Below, piece after piece: positions 10,314 through 22,672 of a stretch of DNA of 64,000 nt. The translations under genes were made by a program, and so were the position numbers. The notes beneath the pieces were generated by a model, which had not been told where the DNA came from, did no database searches, and saw only the letters and a program-made list of their open reading frames with translations. The DNA is taken from contig JAGCOR010000026.1 of NCBI GenBank assembly GCA_017642585.1, positions 7,776-71,775 of the forward strand, read 5' to 3'. The stretch's first letter is position 1; every line of letters starts with the position of its first letter. This DNA is from Alphaproteobacteria bacterium (GTDB lineage Bacteria > Pseudomonadota > Alphaproteobacteria > Rs-D84).

Positions 10314-11438
10314 ATGCCTAAAGATGTGGAACCCAAAGAAAGTGTTTTTGATATTTTTATCCAGGATATGTTGAACCCGAATATCAGTTCCATTGACGAT
10401 TCAATTTGTGCCAGAATTGCAAAAGATTTCACAGCATTGATTCGTCAAAACCCCGACCCAAAACCATATATTAAAACATGTGCAGAACGGAACCCAGACA
10501 AAGAAAACGTTAAACGTTTATGGCAGCTATATCAAGAATTGGAAAAAAAGCCAGATGCTAAATTCAATGAATTTTTTAATTTCATCAGCCCTTTGTTTGA
10601 AGAATATGTAGACGACGACGAAAGGGGTTGTATTGATATGATTGGAAGTCGTCGCAAACAAAAACTATTCAGTGAAAAAACCCAATTGATGATATGTAAA
10701 ACAATTCTTCGTAAGGGATATTACAGTGGTCGCCCAGAAGAATCCACTATACTTGAAGCGATCGCCCTGAATCCATATTCTTCTACGGAAGATAAAGTAA
10801 TGGCTGCAAAGCGTTTACGTTCACCAGATATCGCACGAAAAGCAATAGAGGCTTTGGAAGCAGAACGGGATGCCGAATTGGCAAAAGATTTCACAAGCGA
10901 ACCCCAGCTTCGTGCAACATGCCGTAAATTTTGGGACTTATATGATGCTTTGAATCGATTGGATCCAGATTATTTTAATGAAGTATCCCCAGGTTTTAAT
11001 ATTGAGAAACTTAGAGATTTTGGATTTGAATACGTAGAACAATTTAAACAATCTTTGGTAGATCGTGCATTAGAAGCAGAACGGTTGGCAAAAGAACAAG
11101 AAAGCAAAGTACAAGCTCAAGATCAACAAATTGAAAAATTAAATGGACAATTAAAGGCAGAAATCAAGGAAAAAGAAGATTACAAAGCAAAATTAGATAC
11201 TGCATTAAAAGAAAAAGCCACATTGGAAAAACAACTGCGCGATGAACAAAACGCACGTACCAGATTGGCAAATCAATTAGATGAAGTCGAAAAGAAGTTA
11301 AGAGCGGAAAAGAACAAAGCAGTAAAATTCAAGGATGCAGCCGCGGCATTGGAAACCGGCTGGGGCAGCAAGAAAGGCATTGAAGCATTCAAGAAAGAAA
11401 TCGCCGAAGCCTACAAAGACGAAACTTATCAAATCTAA
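10314..11438 (+). CDS. hypothetical coiled-coil protein
   Basis: C-terminal 120 aa heptad-rich (EKLNGQLKAEIKEKEDYKAKL...); likely start MPKDVEPKE at 10314 (the ORF track starts at 10260). Confidence 0.45.
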   Translation: MPKDVEPKESVFDIFIQDMLNPNISSIDDSICARIAKDFTALIRQNPDPKPYIKTCAERNPDKENVKRLWQLYQELEKKPDAKFNEFFNFISPLFEEYVDDDERGCIDMIGSRRKQKLFSEKTQLMICKTILRKGYYSGRPEESTILEAIALNPYSSTEDKVMAAKRLRSPDIARKAIEALEAERDAELAKDFTSEPQLRATCRKFWDLYDALNRLDPDYFNEVSPGFNIEKLRDFGFEYVEQFKQSLVDRALEAERLAKEQESKVQAQDQQIEKLNGQLKAEIKEKEDYKAKLDTALKEKATLEKQLRDEQNARTRLANQLDEVEKKLRAEKNKAVKFKDAAAALETGWGSKKGIEAFKKEIAEAYKDETYQI

Positions 11439-11442
11439 AATT

Positions 11443-11474
11443 AAAAATCCCGATTTAATATCGGGATTTTTTTT
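11443..11474. terminator. bidirectional terminator
   Basis: AAAAATCCCGAT TTAATA ATCGGGATTTTTTTT. Confidence 0.6.
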
Positions 11475-13263
11475 ATTTATCTTCCTGCAAGAATCCACCG
11501 CTTTGCATTTGCCATAATTTGTAATACAAACCGCGTTTTCTTAACAGGTTTTTATGTGTACCCTGTTCCACAATAACGCCTTTGTTCATCACAATTATTC
11601 TGTCCATGTTTCTTAAAGTCGATAAACGGTGTGCTATGGCGATGGTCGTTCTGTTTTTGGACAATTTATCAAAAGATTTCTGTATTGCCATTTCTGTTTC
11701 GCTGTCCAGTGCAGATGTCGCTTCGTCCAACACCAAAATTGGTGCATTTTTCAAGAACGCACGCGCAATAGCAATACGTTGTCTTTGTCCACCAGACAAT
11801 TTAATTCCCCGGTCACCAACCAAAGAATCATAGCCTTTCTCGGTTTCCATAATGAATTTGTCGGCCGATGCCTGTTGGGCGGCATGTTTGATTTGTGCCT
11901 TGGTAGCATTGAATTTTCCATAACCTATGTTTTCACCGATTGTTCTGTTGAACATAGTTGGATCCTGGGGGATAAAGGCAATATTATCACGCAAAGAATC
12001 TTGTTTGATATCTTTGATATCTTGCCCGTCAATCAAGATTTCTCCGCGTTGTGGTTCGTAAAAACGCATTAACAAATTAACCAATGTTGTTTTACCCGCA
12101 CCACTGGCCCCAACAATACCAACGCGTTCGCCCGGTTTAATTGACAGAGACAAATCTTTCAATACATAACGTTTTTTATATTTAAAATACAGATTTTGAA
12201 ATTCTATTTGTCCCTGTTTTACAACCAATTTCTTTGCGTTTTCTTTATCTGTGATTTCAATAGGTATAACCAATTCTTTGTATGCTTTGTTACCAGATGC
12301 CAATTTATTTATAATATCTGGGAATCCATTGATTATAGTGGATAACATACCCATAACTGTATAATATACAGACAAAGTATAAACTATATCTGAAACCTGC
12401 ATTTCACCGCGTTCAAATAATACACAGCAAAACAATACTGTTGCACCCAACAAAACGTCCCACAACAATCCAGGTATCACCCAAAACAAACGTGTTATAT
12501 ACAATGAATACATTTGAGTTTTTACCATTTTAGAACGTGGTTCGCGCAATGCTTCTTTTTCTTTGTTTGCACCTGCAAATAATTTCACAATTGAATAGTT
12601 CGACAAACTGTCCACTATTTTTCCATTTAAACTGCTGTTTGCGCCAGATGCAGCTTCGCTTGATGTCTTGACTTTGCCACGCATACCATATGCATATAAT
12701 ACCCTGCAAACCAAAGCAAATATAAACAACAATGCGACATATCTGTTTACATAAAACAGCATATACCCGTTGATAAACACCATTATCATACGGCCCAATG
12801 TATCCCATATTTGTGTAAATGCATCAAATGTGTTTTCGATATAGCCAATCTGGCTGTTGATGGAACCAGACATACGCCCCACCCAGAACCCCATGGTCTG
12901 TTTATGTGCATATGTTGTTAATATTTCTGAAACCTGATTTTTTATTCCCGGCCCAGTATGTGCAGCAAATGTTTGATGCAAACAGGAACTGATTGTCAAA
13001 ACCATATTCAACAAAATAATTATGAATATAGTTGGTAATGCGTGTATAACAAAACTTTCACCATTTGGCACAGATTGTTCAAATAACCCAACCATTGTAC
13101 GTTCGATATATGGCCATATAACCGCACCACCCAATGATAAAAATGCGACAAACATATAACCTGCCAGCATCCAACCATAATTTTTGATGCCGTATTTAAT
13201 ATAAAATTTCAACAAAGATGTCGGCAATTTGCTTATATTGCCCATTTTAACTGATTTAGACAT
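11473..13263 (-). CDS. ABC transporter fused permease/ATPase (MsbA-like exporter)
   Basis: Six TM helices then Walker A GASGAGKTT, the ABC signature LSGGQRQRIAIARAF and Walker B ILVLDEATSALD. Confidence 0.85.
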   Translation of the reverse strand: MSKSVKMGNISKLPTSLLKFYIKYGIKNYGWMLAGYMFVAFLSLGGAVIWPYIERTMVGLFEQSVPNGESFVIHALPTIFIIILLNMVLTISSCLHQTFAAHTGPGIKNQVSEILTTYAHKQTMGFWVGRMSGSINSQIGYIENTFDAFTQIWDTLGRMIMVFINGYMLFYVNRYVALLFIFALVCRVLYAYGMRGKVKTSSEAASGANSSLNGKIVDSLSNYSIVKLFAGANKEKEALREPRSKMVKTQMYSLYITRLFWVIPGLLWDVLLGATVLFCCVLFERGEMQVSDIVYTLSVYYTVMGMLSTIINGFPDIINKLASGNKAYKELVIPIEITDKENAKKLVVKQGQIEFQNLYFKYKKRYVLKDLSLSIKPGERVGIVGASGAGKTTLVNLLMRFYEPQRGEILIDGQDIKDIKQDSLRDNIAFIPQDPTMFNRTIGENIGYGKFNATKAQIKHAAQQASADKFIMETEKGYDSLVGDRGIKLSGGQRQRIAIARAFLKNAPILVLDEATSALDSETEMAIQKSFDKLSKNRTTIAIAHRLSTLRNMDRIIVMNKGVIVEQGTHKNLLRKRGLYYKLWQMQSGGFLQEDK

Positions 13264-13322
13264 GATTATTTTCCCTGTTTACAGGGCCAATCATAACAAC
13301 TTATAATTATTTAAGCAATCTT

Positions 13323-15080
13323 TTATTTAGCGACCACATCATAAAATATTGTCGCAGGTAATGTTCCACCTGTTACATTCGAAGCCATTGGTGTATTATC
13401 GTCTTTGCCGACCCAAATACCCATTACATAATCAGCAGTCGCCCCCACAAACCACGCATCACGATTATCGTTACTGGTGCCTGTTTTTCCACCAAAAACA
13501 TTTTTAGCATATGCGCGTTTCCCGGTTCCTTTGGTAACAACTTCATATAATAATTGTTTCATATATTCGACAGTTTGATGCGACAATATAGTTATTTCAT
13601 CAGACGGATTGCGTTCATACACAACATTTCCTGCGCTGTCTTTTATTTTGTATATAGAATAAGGATGTACAGATTTTCCGTCATTCCATATCACAGAATA
13701 AATTGTTGTTAAATCCAGCAAACTCATTTCAGAAGCGCCCAACACGGTTGAATATTCGCGTCTTAATCTGTTTCCAACGCCCAATCTGGACGCCATATTT
13801 AAAACCGTATCTATTCCGTATTCTTGGGTTAATTTCAAAGGCACAGAATTAACACTTTTTGCAAATGCGGTTGCTAAATTAATTCCGCCATAGTAACGTT
13901 CATTGTAATTTTTTGGGTTATAATCACCGATTGTAACTGGGGAATCATTAACATAAGAATCAGGGGTCATACCATTTTCCAATGCAACTAAATATACCAC
14001 AGGTTTAAATGCAGACCCAGGCTGACGCGGTGATAATACCCTGTTAAATTGACTGATTTGATAATCATCACCCCCGACCATAGATTGTATCGCACCATCA
14101 CGTGCAACTGCGACAATTGCACCCTGATATTCGCCTATTTTGTCAGATAAAGACGCGGCAACTCGTTTTTGTAGATTAGTATCTATGGTGGTATATACAT
14201 ACAAATCTTGGTTTATACTTCCAATTCTGGATTCGACTTCATCCATAACGAAATCGGTCCAATAACGATATATGTTTTTATCCTGTTTTGCAGATACAGC
14301 TTTTAATTCTTTGGTGGCACGACGGGCAGTATCAATATCTATGTAACCCTGTTTCACCATTTCTGTTAACACAATTCTGGCGCGTTTAATATTGCGTTCT
14401 GGGTTCTTTAATGGACTGTAAGAAGTTGGTGCTTTTAACATAGCGGCAATTTGCGCAGATTCCGCCACCGTCATTTTGTTTGCACCATGTCCAAACAATG
14501 CGGTTGATGCAGCATCTATGCCACGCATACCGCCAACCAAAGATATTCTGTTAATATATAAATCCAAAATTTGATTTTTAGTAAATCTGTTTTCCAACCA
14601 TTGAGATAATATCAATTCTTGAATTTTGCGGGACATTTTCTTATCACGGGACAAGAATATATTCTTTGCAGTTTGTTGGGTAATGGTTGAACCGCCCGCT
14701 GCAAAATGCCCGTTAAACGCGTTGACTATCATTGCGCGCATTATGCCACGAACAGAAATCGCCCCATGTTTGTAAAAATTCTTGTCCTCTATGGCTATGA
14801 TTGCCTGCCATACGTGTGACGGCAAAGTTTCAACTGACACAGGGGTTCCCATTATGCGCCCCATAGCGCGAATTTCATTTCCATTTTTATCCAAGAAAAC
14901 AACCGCAGGACTGCGTGTTTCGTGCAATATAGAATCCAGGGACGGCATTTGTAAAAACACAAACAATATGTATAACCCGACACAGGCAACACCCACCAAA
15001 CACACATTTACGCAAAACATTATAAAACGCGATTTGAAAGAGCGCTTTTCTGGCATATCTAAATTTTGTTGATTTCTCAT
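13323..15080 (-). CDS. class A penicillin-binding protein (glycosyltransferase + transpeptidase)
   Basis: GT51 motif EDKNFYKHGAISVRG; transpeptidase SAFKP (SxxK), SxN and KTG (GGKTGTS) motifs; N-terminal TM anchor. Confidence 0.8.
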   Translation of the reverse strand: MRNQQNLDMPEKRSFKSRFIMFCVNVCLVGVACVGLYILFVFLQMPSLDSILHETRSPAVVFLDKNGNEIRAMGRIMGTPVSVETLPSHVWQAIIAIEDKNFYKHGAISVRGIMRAMIVNAFNGHFAAGGSTITQQTAKNIFLSRDKKMSRKIQELILSQWLENRFTKNQILDLYINRISLVGGMRGIDAASTALFGHGANKMTVAESAQIAAMLKAPTSYSPLKNPERNIKRARIVLTEMVKQGYIDIDTARRATKELKAVSAKQDKNIYRYWTDFVMDEVESRIGSINQDLYVYTTIDTNLQKRVAASLSDKIGEYQGAIVAVARDGAIQSMVGGDDYQISQFNRVLSPRQPGSAFKPVVYLVALENGMTPDSYVNDSPVTIGDYNPKNYNERYYGGINLATAFAKSVNSVPLKLTQEYGIDTVLNMASRLGVGNRLRREYSTVLGASEMSLLDLTTIYSVIWNDGKSVHPYSIYKIKDSAGNVVYERNPSDEITILSHQTVEYMKQLLYEVVTKGTGKRAYAKNVFGGKTGTSNDNRDAWFVGATADYVMGIWVGKDDNTPMASNVTGGTLPATIFYDVVAK

Positions 15081-15099
15081 ACAGCCCTCCCCCGTCGCT

Positions 15100-17914
<2,815 letters not shown>

Positions 17915-17974
17915 GATGTCCCCTTCCTTTTGTTACCTGTTATTATAAACAATAAAAAGATTTATTCAAGATGT

Positions 17975-18010
17975 AAAAAAATCCCCACACGACATGGGGA
18001 TTTTTATTTA
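17975..18010. terminator. bidirectional terminator
   Basis: AAAAAAATCCCCACACGACATGGGGATTTTTATTT. Confidence 0.55.
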
Positions 18011-18694
18011 TCTGATTTTGCCAGTTTTCATTATGTTTTCCGGATTAAATGTATTCAACAATACTAACTGCATCGAAGCCGGTAATTGTTTAGTGCTTTT
18101 TATCACATTATTACAGATATTTTCAACTTCCTGGGGATTTTTGAAATATTTCATTTCTGTTTCGATATCTGCTTTGGCTTGGTAAATTAAACTGGTAACC
18201 AATGTCATATAATTTGTTGAATCTATATCTTTATTATGTTTGATATAGTAAGCATAATCATATGAATTTGCCATGTTGTATTTTATTGCTGTTTTTGAAA
18301 CTAAATCAAAAACTTCATCTTCTTGGGTATATCTAAGATTATGTAAAACATTTCCATAGTTTCTGAAATAGAACAAAATACGTTTTTTTAAATCTTCGCT
18401 CATTTGTGGCAAATCATTAAATACCGTGACAATCGTGCTGTGCGGAATATTTTCAGGATTCATTCTGACATAACCTTCAGATGTCATACCGATTGCATTT
18501 CTAATATTTTGTTCAATTGGGTTTGTGTTATGTCTGTCGCGTGGAATACATGGCGCAGCCACAGCCGCATTAAAAGCGGTCTTTTTATGATAAAAAAAGT
18601 CAACAGGATTACCTTTCAATGCAGGCAATGTAAAATACATAGAATAAGATTCTTGTAATGTTTTATTTTGTGAAATTTCTTGATTTTCCGACAT
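18008..18694 (-). CDS. hypothetical protein, member of a local paralog pair
   Basis: Shares a ~170 aa conserved core (YF.LP..YH.K.A...KKR.L.FFR..ANS.DYA..I.H.KD...LI.QAK.DI..EM) with the adjacent gene. Confidence 0.5.
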   Translation of the reverse strand: MSENQEISQNKTLQESYSMYFTLPALKGNPVDFFYHKKTAFNAAVAAPCIPRDRHNTNPIEQNIRNAIGMTSEGYVRMNPENIPHSTIVTVFNDLPQMSEDLKKRILFYFRNYGNVLHNLRYTQEDEVFDLVSKTAIKYNMANSYDYAYYIKHNKDIDSTNYMTLVTSLIYQAKADIETEMKYFKNPQEVENICNNVIKSTKQLPASMQLVLLNTFNPENIMKTGKIR

Positions 18695-18713
18695 TTGTTT
18701 TTACCGCATATAT

Positions 18714-19793
18714 TTATCTTGTTAATTCATTTTCCAATCCAGATGTCAAAGTATCAATACGTTGTTTGCATTTATTCACCTTTCTGCTGAACAAACTGGC
18801 TTTGACCACTTTGGCATATTCACGAATTTCTTTTAATCTGGCAACCCAGGTTATATTTTTATCCGTCAATTCTGTGTTTAAATCTTCAAGACGTTTATTT
18901 TCGCTTTGTAAATTTATCACTGTTTGGCGCATGTTGTCGTAATCTAATACTTTTTGATAGTATTTGTCCAACTTTTTTTGCAATTCTTTGTTTTGTTGTT
19001 CTAATTTTGCTTTTTCCTGGGCCAAATTTTGATTTTGTTGTTTTGTTTTTTCATAATCAGTAATTATATTGCCACAGGCATTAATTTTATTCTGTAATTC
19101 AGTGGCTTCGGCATGTTGAATTTCAATAGTTTTTTCAAAATTACCGATGTAATCGCCACCTTGCATTATCTTATTTGCATCAAATTCTTTGGCCAATATG
19201 TCGTGTGTTTCGCGTGGCAAAGAATAAGTATTGTTAACAACAGCTTCACAAATCAATTGTATTTGTTTTGCATCAGGAGTTGGTTGTGCCATTTCTGCTT
19301 TGATATCCAATTTGGCCTGGGCTATTAAATCATTTATCAAATTCTTTTTGGTTTCAGCATCTTTAACATGTCTGATACGGCATGCATAATCATGGGAATT
19401 AGCCAAATTATTGACAATCGCGATACCAGCGACCAAATTTAATACCTCTTCACCGTCATTATAAACTTTGCTGTTCAAATCGTATGCAAATAATCTAAAG
19501 AAATGCAGAACACGTTTTTTTAATTGAACATCTTGAATTTTGGGTAAATTCATCAAAACCATTTCCATAAATTGCAAACTATATTCGTTACGATAAATCC
19601 ATAATTCGCCACGTTTATCCATTTTCATTGCATGTCTGATTTGCATTTCTAAATCTGATGCGTCATTTGGCAAATAGATAGCAGGTGCCATTTTGAACTT
19701 TGCAACCGCAGATTTTCTGTGGTACACAGCGTCAATATTGTCAGGCATACAAAAATACTTTGCATATAATTGTTCAACAGATTGGTTTTGCAT
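18714..19793 (-). CDS. hypothetical protein, paralog of 18008..18694 with a C-terminal coiled-coil extension
   Basis: N-terminal 170 aa alignable by eye with the neighbouring gene; C-terminal ~150 aa heptad-rich (QNLAQEKAKLEQQNKELQKKLDKYY...). Confidence 0.5.
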   Translation of the reverse strand: MQNQSVEQLYAKYFCMPDNIDAVYHRKSAVAKFKMAPAIYLPNDASDLEMQIRHAMKMDKRGELWIYRNEYSLQFMEMVLMNLPKIQDVQLKKRVLHFFRLFAYDLNSKVYNDGEEVLNLVAGIAIVNNLANSHDYACRIRHVKDAETKKNLINDLIAQAKLDIKAEMAQPTPDAKQIQLICEAVVNNTYSLPRETHDILAKEFDANKIMQGGDYIGNFEKTIEIQHAEATELQNKINACGNIITDYEKTKQQNQNLAQEKAKLEQQNKELQKKLDKYYQKVLDYDNMRQTVINLQSENKRLEDLNTELTDKNITWVARLKEIREYAKVVKASLFSRKVNKCKQRIDTLTSGLENELTR

Positions 19794-19926
19794 TATATCC
19801 CTCTTTTTGTTTTCACACTTATATTATAGACAAATTTTATGTATTGTCAATAGTTTTACAAAAAAATACATTACTTGCAAAAATTTATAAAATATGTATT
19901 CTTGATAAACAACGGGGGAGATTTCA

Positions 19927-20853
19927 TTGATATTAACCATATTATTATTGATTGCCGGTTTTATTCTGCTGGTGCGTGGTGCCGACTATTTTGTTGATGG
20001 GTCGGTTGCTTTGGCACAAAAATTACGAATTCCAGCGATTGTGATTGGTTTGACTGTTGTTGCCATGGGGACCAGCGCGCCCGAAGCAGCAATCAGCATT
20101 ATGTCCGCCATCAAAGATTCTGATGCCATAGTCGTTGGCAATGTAATTGGTTCAAACATAGTAAATATTTTGTTAATTTTGGGCATAACAGTATTGATAT
20201 CAAACCTGCCAATTAAAAAGAATACTATGCTGTATGAAATACCTTTTGTTGGGTTTATAACCTTGTTGTTATGCGGTATGGGGCTGATGTTTGGAAATAT
20301 ATCCAGATTATCTGCATTTGGTTTATTGGGATTATTCGTGTTATTTTTGGGTTATCTGTACATTGTATCTAAATATGAAAAAACGCCAGAAATCGAAGCA
20401 AAACAAATCGGTTCCTTAAAAACAGCATTATATTTAATCGGTGGTTTAACCCTGTTAATAATCGGCAGTGATTTAACCGTTGATTCAGCCATCAAATTGG
20501 CGCGTATTTTCGGTGTCTCAGAACGCATAATCGGCATAACTATCGTTGCATTCGGCACCAGTGTCCCTGAATTAGTAACCTGTATCGTATCCGCAATAAA
20601 AAAACAAACAGACATAGCAGTTGGCAATATTATCGGTTCAAACATATTTAATATTTTGTTTGTATTGGGTATTACGGGGGCTATATCACCAATATTGTTC
20701 AAACCAGAATTCTTGTTTGACGGCGCATTTGCCCTGCTGGCAGTCGCAATGTTGATGCTGTTGGGTTATAAAGATATGATATTAAAACGCTGGGCCGGCA
20801 TATGTTTTCTGGGTATATATGCCATCTATTTAGCATTGGCCTTTACGATATAA
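19927..20853 (+). CDS. Ca2+/Na+ antiporter (CaCA/YrbG family)
   Basis: Two internal repeats each with a GTSAPE-like alpha-repeat motif (GTSAPEAAIS, GTSVPELVTC); 10 TM helices. Confidence 0.85.
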   Translation: MILTILLLIAGFILLVRGADYFVDGSVALAQKLRIPAIVIGLTVVAMGTSAPEAAISIMSAIKDSDAIVVGNVIGSNIVNILLILGITVLISNLPIKKNTMLYEIPFVGFITLLLCGMGLMFGNISRLSAFGLLGLFVLFLGYLYIVSKYEKTPEIEAKQIGSLKTALYLIGGLTLLIIGSDLTVDSAIKLARIFGVSERIIGITIVAFGTSVPELVTCIVSAIKKQTDIAVGNIIGSNIFNILFVLGITGAISPILFKPEFLFDGAFALLAVAMLMLLGYKDMILKRWAGICFLGIYAIYLALAFTI

Positions 20854-20861
20854 CACACCGA

Positions 20862-22145
20862 TCAATATTCCCGTTGAATACCAGATTGTAATTTTTGTTG
20901 TTCGTATTCAGCCAAATCCTGTTCACGATGCGCCACATCATATGCCAACAAATAATAAGTAGAAATTTCATCCGTTATCGCTTGTTCTGTGGCATCATGA
21001 GCCTTTCTTGCTTTATCTTGATAATTTATCCCCATCAATCTTGTTATATCGTATATTTTGTTGTGTATCGCCGAAACACGACTGCCCATATTATATTTAT
21101 CGCCAGTATTAATTAAACTTTCTATTTCTTGTATATCTGATTTTAATCTTGTATGTTGGGTCATTAATTGCCCATCTTTTTTTACATCCTCTAAAATTTC
21201 CGATATAGTATCCAGATATTTTTGTTGCACTGTTTCAAGATTTTTTATTTCTTTGTAATACTTTAAACGCAGGGCTTTCATCCGTATCTTCGCCTTTGGT
21301 AAAAACCTTTTTGTCGCTTGCGTATACAAATCTGGTTTTTGCCGCAATTGTTCGTTTAATATATCACTCAAACGATTTTCAACGGCTTCACCAATAGCGA
21401 AAGAGCTTATTTCTGTTGGATTTTCTGTGTACAGTTTATTTTCAGTAGTATAAAGCTCTTCCCCATATGCTGCTATTTGTGCACCCAACATTCCAAGATC
21501 TGGGTTATTATGATCAACAAAATGCCCATATTCATGACTCAGTGTTTCCATAAAAGATGCAAAACTTCTGAAATGATCGTTAAGCATTACAATATGTTTT
21601 TTATTTTCAAAAAACTTTCCATGTGTTAGTTGGTCGGAATCTTGTTGCAAATACTTACTATGTTTAATAGTAAAACCCTTTAGAAAATTTCTTACAAAAG
21701 CAGCTATTACATGCATATCAAACACAGTTAATTTTGGCTTTTTTTTCAACATAAAACGTTTTGTCAGTTCATCTATAATTTTCCGTCCCAATTTTTCACG
21801 ATCTGATGGCCCCAGAATGTCATAAGCAACCGCATATTGTAATATTTCATCATCAGACGTAACTATATCAGCATACATTTCTGCATATTTGTTCACCACT
21901 TTATCCATAGCATCATCATCCATAGAATCTTGCAATGTTAATATTGCATCTTTGGTTGACATTTTGCCGGCTTTCTTTGCCTTCATCGCAACAGCCAATT
22001 CGGGATTAAATGTAGAAAAATTACCGTTGATATCGTCCAATAAACTTGGATCTTGTTTCACCATTTCTTCAAACTTTGCGAAACTAAGGTTTTTTGGGGC
22101 ATATTTTGTATATATCTCTTTTATTCTATTTTCTTTATCTGCCAT
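20862..22145 (-). CDS. hypothetical protein with an HExxH zinc-metallopeptidase-like motif
   Basis: TLSHEYGHFVD motif in a 427 aa protein with no signal peptide; otherwise no family recognised. Confidence 0.45.
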   Translation of the reverse strand: MADKENRIKEIYTKYAPKNLSFAKFEEMVKQDPSLLDDINGNFSTFNPELAVAMKAKKAGKMSTKDAILTLQDSMDDDAMDKVVNKYAEMYADIVTSDDEILQYAVAYDILGPSDREKLGRKIIDELTKRFMLKKKPKLTVFDMHVIAAFVRNFLKGFTIKHSKYLQQDSDQLTHGKFFENKKHIVMLNDHFRSFASFMETLSHEYGHFVDHNNPDLGMLGAQIAAYGEELYTTENKLYTENPTEISSFAIGEAVENRLSDILNEQLRQKPDLYTQATKRFLPKAKIRMKALRLKYYKEIKNLETVQQKYLDTISEILEDVKKDGQLMTQHTRLKSDIQEIESLINTGDKYNMGSRVSAIHNKIYDITRLMGINYQDKARKAHDATEQAITDEISTYYLLAYDVAHREQDLAEYEQQKLQSGIQREY

Positions 22146-22244
22146 TTTGACCTCTGGAACTTATATCACATGAATAATACCACAAAACAAAGATATAAAC
22201 TATTAAAAAGCAAAAATCGCCACTTTGGGCGATTTTTGAATTTA

Positions 22245-22264
22245 ATGGGGCGGGCGACCAGATT
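22245..22264 (-). repeat. 20-bp direct repeat identical to the 3' end of tRNA-His (att-like remnant)
   Basis: ATGGGGCGGGCGACCAGATT occurs at 22245-22264 and again at 22419-22438 inside the tRNA-His 3' end. Confidence 0.5.
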
Positions 22265-22386
22265 GATTCCGCTTCGCTTCATTCCCCTTGCAAAATTTGC
22301 CTGACGGCAAACCGGTATTATTCTGCCTTTTTGCTACGGGTCGAACGGCTTGTTCGCCAGTTCTCATCTGCCCTTCCAGATAAAAT

Positions 22387-22415
22387 TAACCCCCACCGTT
22401 TTGGTGGGGGTGAAT
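22387..22415 (-). terminator. rho-independent terminator following tRNA-His
   Basis: CCCCCACC GTTTT GGTGGGGG hairpin with a T-run on the minus strand. Confidence 0.5.
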
Positions 22416-22419
22416 TTTA

Positions 22420-22497
22420 TGGGGCGGGCGACCAGATTCGAACTGGCGACATTCGGTACCACAAACCGACGCTCTAACCAACTGAGCTACGCCCGCC
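22420..22497 (-). tRNA. tRNA-His (GTG) with genomically encoded G-1, C73 and CCA
   Basis: Manual fold of the reverse complement: acceptor G-1 + GCGGGCG / CGCCCGC, D arm GCTC-AGTTGGTT-AGAGC, anticodon stem TCGGT/ACCGA with loop TTGTGGT (GTG), T arm GCCAG-TTCGAAT-CTGGT, CCA. Confidence 0.85.
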
Positions 22498-22512
22498 ATA
22501 ACTTTTATTGCT

Positions 22513-22588
22513 TGGTGGAGCTGATCAGACTCGAACTGACGACCCCTTGCATGCCATGCAAGTGCTCTACCAACTGAGCTACAACCCC
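22513..22588 (-). tRNA. tRNA-Ala (GGC)
   Basis: Manual fold: acceptor GGGGTTG/CAGCTCC with the G3-U70 Ala identity pair, anticodon stem CTTGC/GCAAG with loop ATGGCAT (GGC), T loop TTCGAGT, CCA encoded. Confidence 0.85.
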
Positions 22589-22672
22589 ATGCGAAAGGTT
22601 ATTCTATATTTCTTCTTGCAAAAAGTCAAATATTTTTGCTAATCTTTTCTGGAAGATAAAGGAGTGATCATT

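Noticed and set aside
22244-22264. Possible second tRNA-His or tRNA pseudogene
   Set aside because: Only the last 20 nt of the tRNA are present. No D or anticodon arm can be folded, so this is an att-like repeat, not a tRNA.
22053-22577. ORFs 22053..22304 and 22350..22577 (+)
   Set aside because: They read through tRNA-His and tRNA-Ala and the terminator hairpin; they are artefacts of six-frame translation.
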